From Octopus sinensis (taxonomy: Eukaryota), in assembly GCF_006345805.1 (NCBI RefSeq), contig NC_043005.1:89032001-89096000 (forward strand): 64,000 nucleotides of DNA, read 5' to 3'. This document shows positions 13,472 to 26,896 of this stretch, in pieces; position 1 is the stretch's first letter, and each line of letters starts with the position of its first letter. Made by a program: the position numbers and the translations under genes. The notes under the pieces are model-generated. The model had not been told where the DNA came from and did no database searches. It worked only from the letters and a program-made list of their open reading frames with translations.

Positions 13472-14922
13472 TATATATACATATACATATATATATTCAC
13501 ATATATATATACATACACATATATACACACACACATATATACACACACATATACATATATATACACTACACGCACATACACATGTACATGCGTACCCATA
13601 CAGACACACACACACGCGCGCATCCATATATACACATAAGTACACACATGCGTAAAAGTATACATATATCTATGCTTACACATACACACACACACGCGCG
13701 CCTCCTTATATTCATACTTACATGCATACTCAGAAAATAAGTAAATAGTAAAATATATATACGCGCAGTTATTCGTACATGCATACTCAAAAAATAAATA
13801 ATAAATATTAAGTATATGTACGTGCAGTTACCTATTATATGCAGTTACCTATTTGTATGTAGGTGTATATGTATGTGTGTGTATTTATAGTTATTGGTGT
13901 ATATATATAGACTAGCCTTCTAAGAGTGTAGACATAAATCTGTAGGTACGCGTACGTATGTGTATATACGTGAATGTATGTAGATGGATGTATGTATGAA
14001 TATAACGCGTGCGTGCGTGTATGTGTATGAGTGTACGAATGAGTGAGAGTACGTGCTAAAGAGTGTGCGTGAGTGAATGAGTGCTTGTTTTCCAGTAGAC
14101 AGATAAATGGACTGGCTGTCATAGCCAAGATGTTTGTGACCAAGCGGCCAAAGATAACAAAAGTAATAAACGAAGATAATAAAATTAAAATTAGGGAATG
14201 GGTCTGTATTAGTATGTGTATATATATGTGTGTATGTGTAGGTTTGCATAGGTACACATATGTATATGTATACATGTATGTATATGTATGTATGTGTGTG
14301 TATATGTGTGTGTATGTGTATATATGTGTATATAGGGACTAGTGTTCTGTGTGTGCATGTGTGTGTGTGGATATGTGTGTGTATGCGTGTATGTGAGTAT
14401 GTGTGTGTATGTGTATATATATTTTTCTGTGCGTATATGTATGTGAGGTCGTGTGTGTATATATACATGTGTGTATACGTGTATGCATGTGAGTGTGTGT
14501 GTGTATACATATATGTGTATGTGTAGATATGTATATGCATGTGTATGTGTAAGTGTATATATATGTATATATATGTGTGTGTATGTATGTGTGTATGCAT
14601 ATGTATATATGTTTGTATGTGTGTGTATGTATGTATACATGTGTGCATAGGTATAAGTGAGAATCTCCTTATTTACCTAAAACTCTATCCCCCCTTTTTT
14701 TTATATATAGGTTTTTTTGGGGTTTTTTTATATAGGTTTTTTTTTTTTTTATTTTTTTTTATTTTTTTTTTTTTATTTATTTATTTTTTTATTTATTCTT
14801 CTATCTAATTTAACACTGACTCCTTGACCACTCCCCCAAGTATGATATTTTGTGCTATGCCTACCCCCAAAAAGTCCCCCACCTGCCTAAAGGTATAAAT
14901 GCCAATACAATTCTTGTTAACT

Positions 14923-14973
14923 AGCTTCCTGAAGATTTCTCTTGAATGAAACAGTTCTAGTCCTGTAGAAGCT
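14923..14973 (+). ncRNA. Type I hammerhead ribozyme motif (Penelope-type), sense copy
   Basis: Stem I AGCTTC/GAAGCT; core CTGAAGA (14929-14935); stem II T-TTC-TCTT-GAA-T; GAAA; stem III ACAG/CTGT with loop TTCTAGTC; GTA cleavage triplet (cut after 14967). Atypical U.U pair at positions 10.1/11.1. Activity untested. Confidence 0.7.
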
Positions 14974-14993
14974 CCTTCTATATAATAAAATAA

Positions 14994-15079
<86 letters not shown>

Positions 15080-15163
15080 TTATGTATGTATGTATGTATG
15101 TATGCATATATATATGCATGTATATTTATATATATATACATATATATATTTATATATACGTAG

Positions 15164-15202
<39 letters not shown>

Positions 15203-15566
15203 GATACGTATACATGCATACATATTAGAACAAGCGTATTATATACAAATATTGCAAATAAAATACATCAAGCCATTATGAGGTACACTGAACATATATA
15301 TACATTATTATATCTCCACACACACATACACTCTTTCTCTCTTGGTTTTTTCCTCTCCTTCTCTCACTCCCATACAACACCCAATCACAAACGCTAATCT
15401 TTCATTTCCATACCTCCCCTCTCCCTCATACCACCACTTACGCCCCAACAGGTACTCTCACTTGCACACCTGATACACATATTATGTATGTATGCATGAA
15501 AGGAACCAGGCACATTTAGAAATTGCTTGAATCAGACGACACATTTGTCCTGAGAGGTTGTTCATC

Positions 15567-15709
15567 ATGGACTACGAAGAAGTGATTGGAACAATTGGAG
15601 GATGTGGACTTTATCAGAAACTGATGCTAAGTCTTCTGTTCGTTTCAACCATTATGGATGGTTTACAAGTTGGAAGCATGGTTTTTATTGTACCTGACTT
15701 AGATTACAG
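15567..15709 (+). CDS. SLC22 / organic cation transporter-like gene, coding exon 1 of 9
   Basis: ATG at 15567 with an in-frame TGA at 15528. Encodes MDYEEVIGTIGGCGLYQKLMLSLLFVSTIMDGLQVGSMVFIVPDLDY, the typical SLC22 N-terminus (G-x-x-G-x-YQ). Donor AG|GTAAG, 143 nt, phase 2. Confidence 0.92.
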
Positions 15710-17309
15710 GTAAGTTTTTAACACTGATATCTTAATATTATTTATTCCCGTAAGGCGACAAGCTGGCAGAATTGTTAACACGCCGGGCGAAATGCTTAGC
15801 GGTATTTCGCCCATTGCTATGTTCTGAGTTCAAATTCCGCTGGGTCGATAAAATAAGTACCAGTTGGTCACTCTACGCGATGTAATCGACTCATACCCCC
15901 CCCCCATACTGCTCTTGCGGCAAAAATTTGAAATAATTATCATTTATTCCAGGTGGGTGGTTCAAATAGTGGTGCTTCAAACCAAAACTTCCATGAGACT
16001 TTTTCTCCTTTGTTGTTTGGGGTTAAAACCATTCTCACTCCATCAGGGTTTTACGATACCTAAAATCTTTAACCCTGATTTCATCAAGCTTTTGAAATAA
16101 TTCCTGTATTCTCTCTGACCATAATTCCTGGAAGGGTCATGGGTGTAGAGTCCTCAGATACCTCACCCATAGGGTCCTATCAGAAGCAACTTCCTAAATC
16201 TCCTTCCCAGACAACTAGTTATAGACTTTAAGAGAGATGCTTAACAAGGAGATTCCCCTATAATTAGAGCCCTCTCTTTTGTCTCCCTTTTTTAAAACTC
16301 CTTCAGACCACCAATCAATATATTACTAAGGATGTAGTGTCATTGATTTAATCAAGGATACCCTCATCCTTCTCTCCAGAAATCCTGATTTTTATTTTTC
16401 TATCTTTTACTTGCTTCAATCATTGGACTGCAGCCATTGGCTTTCAGCCTCCTGGGGTCAAGTACTGGGATTTAAGGCTTTCAACTAACCCCAGCCCCTA
16501 ATCCCCAAATTTCTGTGCCTTTTTTTAAAAACGATTATTATTTGGTTTGTGGATTCGCAGAATTCTTAGGGAACGGGACAAAATAATTTGTGGTATTTAG
16601 TTATAGTTGTTAACATTCTGAGTTCAAATGCCATCAAAGTTTCTTTTGCCTTTCATTCTTTATGGAGACAATAGAACGAAATACCAGTAAAGTCCAGTTA
16701 AGGAACAGTCGGGTTTGTCTCAAGCCTATCAGTTCATTTGGCAGGGACATAGCCCAGCTCTCAATGACTAAAAATACAACCCTTCTCCTGAAAGGGTTAC
16801 CAGTCCATCACAAGGATAATCTCTCCCTCCATTTTATTACTGCTACTTATTTTCATCTGAGTAAACTGGTGTAACACGAAAGGAAGCATTTTACACAAAA
16901 ACACAATGTGTTGACTGGTCTGGGAGGTGAAATCATGGCCTTGCAGTTAATACTCTAAATATATGTCTGTAAGCATGAGAAGAGCTGGGGAAACAAGGCA
17001 CTGGCCCTTGGTGGGAGAAATCATTGAGGTCTGGCGGAGCTTTCTTGACTGATCCTAAGCAGCAAACCTTCATATTCTTTTTGTCTTTTATCTTTTACAT
17101 GTTTTAATCATTAGACTGTGGCCATGCTGGAGCACTGCCTTGAAGAAATTTTAGTCACTCAACTCTATCTTAGTACTTATGTTTTCTTTTGAAGTCTGGG
17201 CGTTATTCTATCGGTCACTTTTACCAAACCACTAAGTTACGGGAACACAAACGCGCCAACGGTTGTCAAGCAGTGGTGGGGCACAAGCACAAAGACACAC
17301 ACACATACA

Positions 17310-17386
<77 letters not shown>

Positions 17387-17389
17387 ATA

Positions 17390-17424
<35 letters not shown>

Positions 17425-17942
17425 CAAATTCCAGGCTTCTATCAGTTTCCATGTAACCAAATTCACTCATAAGGCCTTGGTCAGCCCAAGGCTATAGTAG
17501 GAAGCATTTTCCACTTGCCCAACGTAGCACATTGTGAAACTGAACCCAGAACCATGCAGTAGAAATTCGCCCATAGCAGCAACATGGAAGTTCACAGGTG
17601 AAGTGGGGCATGACTAAGCAGCTAAGCTGACATGAAAGCATTATTTTCAATGTGAATTACAAGTTCATCAATGAGATATACCTTATACATCCGGTGTACA
17701 CGGAAAAAAAGTTTAAGACGAGAGAACACTATAAAACATTTGCATGATCGACTGCCAAAAAGATTTACATTAAGTTACTATGGTAACATTACTAAAATAG
17801 AAACAGACTCCAGGGACACTGGGGTTTTTGATAATTTGGCCAGGGACCCAGGTACAGTTCGGCACATGAAAATTTGGAATGAGATCTGGAAGAAGGGTAA
17901 AGCACTCTGTCGCAGCCTAGGGAACTAAAGTTTAATATTTCT

Positions 17943-17975
<33 letters not shown>

Positions 17976-17990
17976 CTGTGTCTGTGTGTA

Positions 17991-18021
<31 letters not shown>

Positions 18022-18212
18022 TGTATGTGTGCATTTTCTTTTTATGTAAACTTAAATTTATTCCAACATTATTAATCTATGAGTTTGGAATGATTTCAAG
18101 CTCCTTACCCATGCAGCCGCACCCGTACTTATATAGATTGCTGAATTTTTGATTGAATTTTGTGGTGACGTTTTTTGTTGCCTCTTTTTACCACACAACA
18201 AACGCAAACACT

Positions 18213-20394
18213 CCCACGTGGTTGAAATATCTGGTTGAAATAGCTGACAGGAATGCACAATAAGCTGGCTGAAAACTTTAACAACACACTGGCAGAGTCA
18301 GAGACAATACATGAATGGCTCACAAAAGGGAAACCCATCTTAATTTCCCAAATCCAATGAAACGGCAAAACCAGAAAATTACGGACCTATAACCTGTCTC
18401 CCTACAATGTACAAAGCCTTTACTGCAGTAATATCGCAAAGATTGACCAAGCACCTGGACGAAAACAACCTGTTTCCAGAAGAGAAGAATGAATCCCGCA
18501 AGGGCTCATATGGCTGTAAAGATCAACTAACGATCAATAAAGCCATGATTGAAGACAGCCGCAGAAAGAAGAAAGGCCTCAGTACGGCCTGGATCGACTA
18601 TCAAAAGGCGTTTGATAGCATTCCCCACACGTAGATCCTCGAAACACTAGTCATTAACAAGGTAGCACCAACAATTATAAAATACATATGACACTCTATG
18701 AATAAATGGCAAACAGTGTTACAGCTCCAAACAAAAGAGGGACTCGTGAAAACCAAAGCCATCCCCGTTAGAAGAGGAATATTCCAGGGAGACACGCTCT
18801 CTCCACTCCTTTTCTGCTTGGCATTGACACCTATATCTGATATACTAAATAGAACTAGATGCGGATACAAATGGTACGGCAAAACGATCAGCAACCTTTT
18901 ATATATGGATGACCTAAAACTATATGCTACAAATGACAAACAGCTGGAAACACTACTAAAGACAGTTCATGGATTTACCAAAGAAATAGATATGAAATTT
19001 GGATTAGAAAAATGCGCCAAAGTAACCCTGAAAAGAGGAAAATTAGTTAAGAGTAGCAACATCACACTAGATAAAACCAATAAAATAACAGGATTAGACC
19101 AAAACCAAACTTACAAATACTTAGGAATCCATGAACTAGATAAGACACAACACACACAAATGAAAAAGAAAATAAAGAAAGAATACTATAGACGAGTTAG
19201 ATGAATACTAAAAACAGAGCTCAATGCTAAAAACAAGGTAATAGGTATTAACACTTTAGCCGTCCCAGTTATAAGTTACAGCTACAATATCCTTAACTGG
19301 ACACAAAATGAACTAACCAAAATAGATAGGAAAACAAGAAAAATAATGACAGGATCTAGGATGCATCACCCGAAATCTCACATAGAAAGTCTATATATAC
19401 AACGCATAGAAGGTGGTAGGGGCCTTATACAGCTGGAAAACTATTATAAAATAACCACCATAGGACTGCAAAAATATCTACTTCAGAAGGAAGGAAAACT
19501 GATACAAATAGCGGCAAAACACGAGCAAAACAAAAAACTGTTCTCGGTATTTAAGGAAGCTGACAAATACAAACAGGAAATCATACCACCTAACAAATAT
19601 GAAGAAGAAGAAGAAGAAGAAGAGAAGAAGAAGAAGAAGAAGAAGAAGAAGAAGAAGAAGAAGAAGAAGAAGAAGAAGAAAAAGAAGAAGAAGAAGAAGA
19701 AGAAGAAGAAGAAGAAGAAGAAGAAGCAACAAAAGCTATAAAACAAATTAAATCCAAACTAAAACTAGAACAGCAACGAACCATGATAAAACGATGGCAA
19801 GAAAAGCCCCTTCATGGCAAATATCGGACTAAATTAAATGCAAAAGAAATAGACAAAGAAAAATCCCAGCAATGGTTGAGAAGCTCAGGACTCAAAGCAG
19901 AGACAGAGGGATTTTTAATTGCAGCACAAGACCAAAGCCTCCCCACCAGAAATTACCAAAAACATATAATGAAAAGAAATATAACAAGTAACTGCAGAAT
20001 ATGTGGAGGTGGACAAGAAACAATAAATCATATTATCTCTGGCTGCCCAGTCCTGGCTAAGAAGGAATATATTCACAGACACGACAGAGTTTGGATCTTC
20101 ATACACTGGAAGTTATGCCAACATTATGGAATAACAACAGAAAAAGATGGTATAGGCACACACCAGAAAAGGTCACAGAAAACGAGAAAGCAAACATACT
20201 CTGGGATATGCCAATACACACAGATAGAGAAATTAAGGCCAACAGACCAGATATAGTTGTCAGAGATCATGAAGAAAAAAAATGTTTTCTAATTGATGTA
20301 TCAATACCAGCAGATGACAACGTTCTCTAAAAGAAATGGAGAAACTTTCAAAGTACAAAGACCTGGAAATAGAGGTAACCAGAATGTGGAATCT
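18213..20394 (+). mobile_element. R4/Dong-clade non-LTR retrotransposon remnant (RT + CCHC + restriction-like endonuclease)
   Basis: WIDYQKAFDSIPH, RRGIFQGDTLSPLLF, LYMDDLKL, CRICGGGQETINHIISGC, RPDIVV...LIDVSIP. Stops and frameshifts present, with an internal (GAA)n. Confidence 0.93.
19601..19726 (+). repeat. (GAA)n microsatellite inside the R4/Dong ORF
   Basis: About 42 near-perfect GAA units. Confidence 0.95.
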
Positions 20395-20706
20395 TGTGCT
20401 ATTGTTAGACATGTTTGTGTTACCTAAATTATTTTTTCTATTTAGGTAGAAATAATCAAGTTTTTTAAAATTATTAATTGAGGATATGATGGTGGCCAGA
20501 TTATGAGTTAGACTATATCCTATCCTTATTGTTTTATTATTAATTATCTTCCAATATTTGTTCTTTTTTTTATTGCAATTAAAAACATTTATGTATTAAG
20601 AATCTGGATACTTTACCAACAGTATATTGGATAAATACTATCCCATAGTGGGTTACACCCATAACCCCTATCTTTGTATTATATATATATATATATATAT
20701 ATATAT

Positions 20707-20887
20707 CAGGGTCGGCGGGTCTGTACATGCAACATATGCACTGCATGTCTTATGATATTTTCAGGACATATAAAATTAGTTATCGATAATTTTCGTTAAT
20801 TAATTTTATATTACACCAAAATGATTTTTTCTGAAAAAGTAGTAAGGCATGGAGCGCATGCGTTGCATACATAGACTCTTCTCCCTG
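20707..20887. mobile_element. Small MITE with imperfect CAGGG...CCCTG termini
   Basis: Left CAGGGTCGGCGGGTCTGTACATGCAAC versus right GTTGCATACATAGACTCTTCTCCCTG. Confidence 0.5.
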
Positions 20888-20914
20888 ATACACATACATA
20901 CATACATACATACA

Positions 20915-20946
<32 letters not shown>

Positions 20947-21000
20947 CATACATACATACATATACACACATATATATATATCATCACCATCATCCTCATT

Positions 21001-21031
<31 letters not shown>

Positions 21032-22048
21032 TTTAGTGTTTCTCATCCTTTCATTTCTTAGTATGAAGTGAAACAATTGATATTACTTAGGTAAAGTTCC
21101 TGTTTGCTAAGCGAGAAAAGAAAGCAAGGCATTGATTTAATTGCTTTCCTGTTCTTCTGGGGGTATTGGCAAATAAAGAGAGACGGCCAACGAGAAGATA
21201 ATATTGTTTCTCTCTGCTTGCTTTCAGTCATTGCAAGTAAGAGGGTTCTGTTAATCTTTTTGAGAAGGGAAAATAGAGAAACCAACAAATAGAGAGGTAA
21301 AGGGAGAGAAAGACAGAATGAAGCAAGTTTTTCACTGCTTGCCTTCTAGCCTGCAGACTGGCCGTCAACATACAGCAAATCCACTCACAAGGCTTTGGTC
21401 GGTTCAAGGCTCAAAGCAGAAGACACCTGCCCCAACGTACCATGCAGAGGGACTGAACCTGGAACCATGTACCACGCAGCCACACCTACTTTTTAAAAAG
21501 ATTTAACCCATGGAGATTATTTTTGAGCCCTTCTTTAAAAGCCGAATTCAGTGATGTAACCCCGAAGGTTTTTTATCGAAAGAAGCAGCCGGCAAAGTTT
21601 TGTGACATATGACACAAGTCGTAAGAGGCAGTTGGTGTCCAAGTTCATTCCCTATCTGGGCATTTTGATTTTCTTGTGACTTCATATGATTCGCGTATCC
21701 TGTTTTTGACAACAGAATGCGATCACACATAATAAATATCGAATGTTCGCTGTTGGTTTCAATTCCAATTGTTCCTTTACGACAAGCCCGTCTAACCCCA
21801 GCGTGCTGCATCGTTTTTTTCCTCCTAGGCATCGTAATTTTCAGAATCCAATTCCAAAAGGCAAAGATATAGAAGAAACTTGAATAATATCTGTAACTTG
21901 TGTTTTAAAACCGTCAGCAGTTGGTCTTAAATGTCATCAGAGAGTTCATCAACGGAGGTATTGTGCTGTGTGATGGGGTGTGGTGTGTGTGTTGATGGGA
22001 CGGCTATCATCAGTCAAAGTGAAGCAATCATACATATATATATATATA

Positions 22049-22421
22049 AGTACATTAAAAGGCTTCCAAATAAAGAAACGAGTGCTAGATACACAAATTT
22101 GCTCGTAGAGATTTTACCGGCATCCTCTCTGTCGCCGGTTATGATTTGCGTCTGCGCACTGGTCTGAAAAGTTAGGGTATACAGATCGTTAGATTTGCAC
22201 GTGCTTCTAATGATATGTTCATCTCGGATTACAAAGGCTTCTTGCTGATGATTCTGGCCTTGGCAGATAAATTCTATTCATTTGCTAAACAAAAAGATGA
22301 AATTGCAGTACAGGATTAGCTGAGATGGTAAACGTTTTTGATTTTCATTCCATTTCATGAATTTATCCCCTTTTTGTGTATCTAGCACTCGCTTCTTTAT
22401 TTGGAAGCCTTTTAATGTACT
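22049..22421. mobile_element. MITE, ~50-bp TIRs, TA target duplication
   Basis: AGTACATTAAAAGGCTTCCAAATAAAGAAACGAGTGCTAGATACACAAA with its near-exact reverse complement ending at 22421, flanked by TA on both sides. Confidence 0.88.
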
Positions 22422-22513
22422 TATATATGAATAACATATAGTCTAATGACTAATTCGTCTTTTGTGCCAGGTCACTGGTAATAATAATTTGTTTTTATTA
22501 CCCTATTTACTAT

Positions 22514-22579
<66 letters not shown>

Positions 22580-22585
22580 GTGTGT

Positions 22586-22628
<43 letters not shown>

Positions 22629-22825
22629 CGTGTGTGTTGTGTGTATGTATGTATATGACAGACTTCTATTAGTTTCCACCTATCAAATCTATTCACAAAG
22701 CTTTGGCTGGCCAACGTTTATAATAGAAGAGATTTTCCCAAAGTGTCATGAAGTGAGACTGAATTTGAACCCATATCTGGTTGGGATGCAAACTTCTTAA
22801 CCACATCTGTGACATCTGCACCAAT

Positions 22826-22883
22826 AGATAGATAGATAGACATACATACATACATACATACATACATACATACATACATACAT

Positions 22884-22921
<38 letters not shown>

Positions 22922-22933
22922 TGACAGACAGAC

Positions 22934-23023
<90 letters not shown>
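22826..23023. repeat. Compound tetranucleotide microsatellite (GATA)n(CATA)n(CAGA)n(GATA)n
   Basis: Direct reading. Similar compound arrays occur at ~29790-29890, 55185-55320 and 62615-63033. Confidence 0.95.
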
Positions 23024-23810
23024 CAAGCAATCAATTAAGAAACAGACAAATTTGAATCTATTACACAATAATTTTAACTATCTGATGTGTTTAAAAATCA
23101 AACTTGATTGATTTGAATTTAAATATTTAATTCCACAGAAGTGCGACGGACGGGCTTCCAGTCCAGGTGGAGAACCTATACGCCCTGGAAACCGGGAAAC
23201 CGGCCTTTATGAGCCAGGCATGGCTCGAGAAGGAACAAACAATAATTACACAGACGACCTAACACATTAAACGATAACGAAATATGCATCGTGTTTAAGC
23301 GCTCTTTATATTATAATTGAACCCAACGAAAGATTAATAAATCTTGCATCGTTCACCTAATTGCTTTAAATGTCTTCACACTAATAAACCCCTTTTGCAC
23401 TATTGACCATCCCATAATATTCAGACAACTAACGCCTGCCTAATGGGTTTCTGCAGAATGCAAAGATGCTTGTTGCTATTATTTTCACAAAGTTGTATAT
23501 TCCTAGGAATTTATCAACTTGTCATATATTTTTGCATATTTGAAATTTCTTCAAACTTCACATAATACCATACATGATAAGAAGAGCATTGTATTATATT
23601 CGTCATTTATTTTCATTTTATTTAATTTTTATTATACTTTTTTCCGGTGAACAACTTTTATATCGTATGATATCAGGCTTTCGCTATCTTTTCTTCTTCT
23701 TTTGCATTATTCTCTTTCAAATACACTTTTGAGTGAATAAAAGTAACTTGTTCACAACTGGTTTTCATTACAATTCGTGTGTGTATGTGTATGTGTATGT
23801 GTGTGTGTGT

Positions 23811-23862
<52 letters not shown>

Positions 23863-23956
23863 TGAAGGCATATATTCACACATGCACACATTGGTTAAAT
23901 ACTTATGCACTAGAAAAAATAACAAAATTTAAGAGCTCAGTTGTTTAACGAGTATT

Positions 23957-24565
23957 TACATGTTGACCCAAAAGAAACCCTAATTTTGCAATATTATTTT
24001 ATTCACACAATTTTGCATATTTATACTTTTATCGCCTTCAAAGTATTCTCGATTTGAAGGAATGCATCCTTCCAGGTGTTTTCTCCGCTATTCGAATCTG
24101 TGCTAGAATTCTTGCGAAGTGATGCCTTTTAACGCCTCCATCGTTTTTTCCTTCACCTCTTCCACGTCTGCAAATTCCGTAGTATCAGCTTTTATCACCA
24201 GTGATAACCTCCGAAAGACGGTTCGGATCAACTTCCAGCTGTTCTTTCAGTTCACAAAACACATTCAGTCTTTTAATCTTGCGTGAGCAAGTGAGGCACA
24301 AATTTTGCTGCAACCCTTTTCATTCGCAATTCCTCGCTCAAAATTCGTTTACAGGAGCTCCAGAACACATCAGTCATATCAACAAGTTCGTCAAATTGAT
24401 TGGTGACGGACCTCCAAGATCAGTTCATGGGTTTTCATGATGTTTGCATTCGTTCGGTAGGTCTACGGTCGTCCTGAACGAGATTGGTTTTCAAGCGTCA
24501 AGTAACCACTCCCCAAAGCACAGAAACCACTCGAAAACTTGTGTTATGCTCGTAGCAACGTTCAT
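23957..24565 (-). mobile_element. mariner internal-deletion derivative (same family as 39975-40859)
   Basis: Reverse complement matches 40250-40859, including the same deletion junction. The 5' part is replaced by a Penelope insertion. Confidence 0.85.
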
Positions 24566-24567
24566 TA

Positions 24568-26375
24568 GCTACGTTGTGGCCCAAATATTCTCACAATTCA
24601 CTGGTCCCATTCCCGAACTATATGGTCGTTATATCGATGACTGTATAGGCGCAACCTCACTCTCCTGCAAACAACTAGACTCTTTCCTCTCTTTTGTCCA
24701 ATCCTTCCACCCTGCCCTCGAATTCTCCCGCACTATCTCTAACACTTCTGTCGAATTTCTTGATATTTCTGTCAGCATACACCACTTTGCTCTCACTGCC
24801 TCCATTCACTACAAACATACTAACTTCTCCTTCTCAAACCCTACCCTCACCAAGCACTCCATCCCCTACTCCCAATTCCTCCAATACTCAGGCTCTGCAG
24901 TGACGACCATGACTTTGAGACTCAGTCTCAACTCATGGCTCGCCACTTCATCCTTCGTGGATATCCCCTCACCATTATCCACACTGCCCTTACTCGGGCA
25001 AGATATGTAGACCGTGCCTCTGCTCTCTCTCTCCTCGCACCAGCCCCACCCTTATTCATCTCCCTTTTCTCTTCACCTACCAACCCTCCAGCCTACCCCT
25101 CCACGCACCATTCTCCGAGACTTTCAGCGACACCAGTTCTACCTCTCTACCTCGCACATCTCTAACCTATTTTCTCTAACCTAGCTCTTCAAACAAGCCC
25201 ATAACTTGCGTGATCCCCTGGTCCACAGTTCCTTTATTACCCCACCTCCCAGCCCTGTCCCTTTCTCTGCTCCTACCCACGCTGTCATACCTCTCCAACA
25301 CCTCATAGGTACCCATCCCCGTCCCTATTACGTCACCGACTCCTTTACCTGCACCTCCAGTAATGATTTTTACTGCATCTCCTGCTCCGAGACATTAGGC
25401 TCGGCAATGACGCCCCGGTCTCGCGCCGTTTCCGCTCTATCGGACATTCGCTACAACATCTGTCGGCACCACGCACCACTATACGCACACTCACACACAC
25501 TGTTTAACTCACCACTCACTTCACACACCATTACACACACACCCACGACACCTTCCTCTCCACACACTCTAGCCCCTACCACTTCACAGCACCCACACCA
25601 TCATCCACACGCAATCTTCAATAGCGTCACCACACATACCACTATACGAACATCCTCTCACACTGTTTGGCTCAGTACACATACCACACACCCTCATGCA
25701 CACTTCTCAGTGACACAGGCATATAATGCCTGGACACAGACAATATATACATCCACACCTAATAATACTTGAACACAGACAATGCATACACACACATACG
25801 CAACATGCACAAACATAACTTTCACCCACAAGTTCACACTATACACATGCACACTATTTGGTCACAAACACATACACACACACATATACACATATACACA
25901 GACCACTTGAAATAGTACATATCAACTGCCACACACAACATACACGCGTTACATACACGCACACACACACGTTACACCCGTACACACACACACGCACGTC
26001 AGACTTACTCGCCCCCATTCCCACATACACACTCACACACACCATTCTCACGTACATACACACGTTCGCGCACCTTTGTTCGTTGAGATCATTATTATCT
26101 CCCTTTCATTCAACCTCTTTTTTATTATTATTTCTCTTTCATTCAACTTCCTCTTTTTTACCAGTTATACGCCATGTTGGACAGCTAAAATCTACACTGC
26201 TTTTTCTCTCTCCGTTTTATTATTTTCATTCTCTCTCCACTTTTTCCTCTTTTATTCCTTACTGTCGAAGAGCGTAGGCTCGAAACGTAAAAGACTTTTC
26301 CGTTTTTCCCGGGCGTCAAACAGATACACCTGCTTGTTGTTCCTACACCTGTTTTCGGGTTTTTTCTGTAACTTT
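24568..26375 (+). mobile_element. Penelope-like element remnant (RT, GIY-YIG, CA-rich 3' region, terminal motif)
   Basis: YGRYIDDCIG, FHPALEF, EFLDISV, HSIPYSQFL, FILRGYP, FTCTSSNDFYCISC. Terminal CGAAGAGCGTAGGCTCGAAACGT. Confidence 0.88.
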
Positions 26376-26407
26376 GAATCATGTACATATACACATACAC
26401 ACACACA

Positions 26408-26507
<100 letters not shown>

Positions 26508-26896
26508 AATAAATAAATAAAAAATAGAAGTTGAAAATGCACTGAGAATATCTGAAATATTTTTTAATTCTTATATTTTATGATTTAACCTGTTTAAAGT
26601 GATTTTCAAAAATGTGAAATAGAAAGGCGTGCCTTATGTTGCAACAGAATTTGAAGTTTGCCCTATTTTTATAAAGGGTTCATGACCCAAATTTGTATAG
26701 GTTTTGATTGATAGAGGATAGTCATATGACTGGTCGTAGAAACTTTTGTAGGTCCCCCGCTCCGTCCGTGTATAGTATCAAGTGATATTGTTTAGCGTCG
26801 TAAGTTATGGCCGAACGGTTGACTGAAAAATTCTAATGACAGCACCAAGCAAACAATGCTCTGAATGTTTGTTTTTGTCAAGTGCATGTAGAGGAA

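Larger units (their letters stand above)
12233..14989. repeat. Large inverted repeat: arms 12233-13429 and 13850-14989, 420-bp spacer
   Basis: The arms match even through degenerate TA/CA microsatellite sequence. The mirrored 242-aa spurious ORFs (12631+ and 13920-) differ at only two residues. The arms differ by a ~17-nt indel and in the poly(A)-rich tract. Confidence 0.95.

Noticed and set aside
12631-14648. Two 242-aa His/Thr/Tyr/Ile-rich ORFs and overlapping 143-211-aa ORFs
   Set aside because: Translations of degenerate (CA)/(TA) microsatellite. They are mirrored only because of the palindrome, with no domain or splice support.
17671-17928. 85-aa complex ORF in intron 1
   Set aside because: No recognisable motif or clean splice sites; probably an unrecognised repeat fragment. 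A BLASTX search would settle it.
21548-21832. ORF with C2H2-like fragments (CDRILLSKTGYANHMKS; CVICHK)
   Set aside because: Ligands are incomplete and there are no TGEKP linkers. More likely a decayed LINE C-terminal zinc finger than a host zinc-finger exon; too weak to annotate.
26262-26296. Hammerhead-like TCGAAGAGCGTAGGCTCGAAACGTA at the Penelope end
   Set aside because: The core lacks C3-U4 and no stem I can be formed. Kept only as a Penelope terminal marker.
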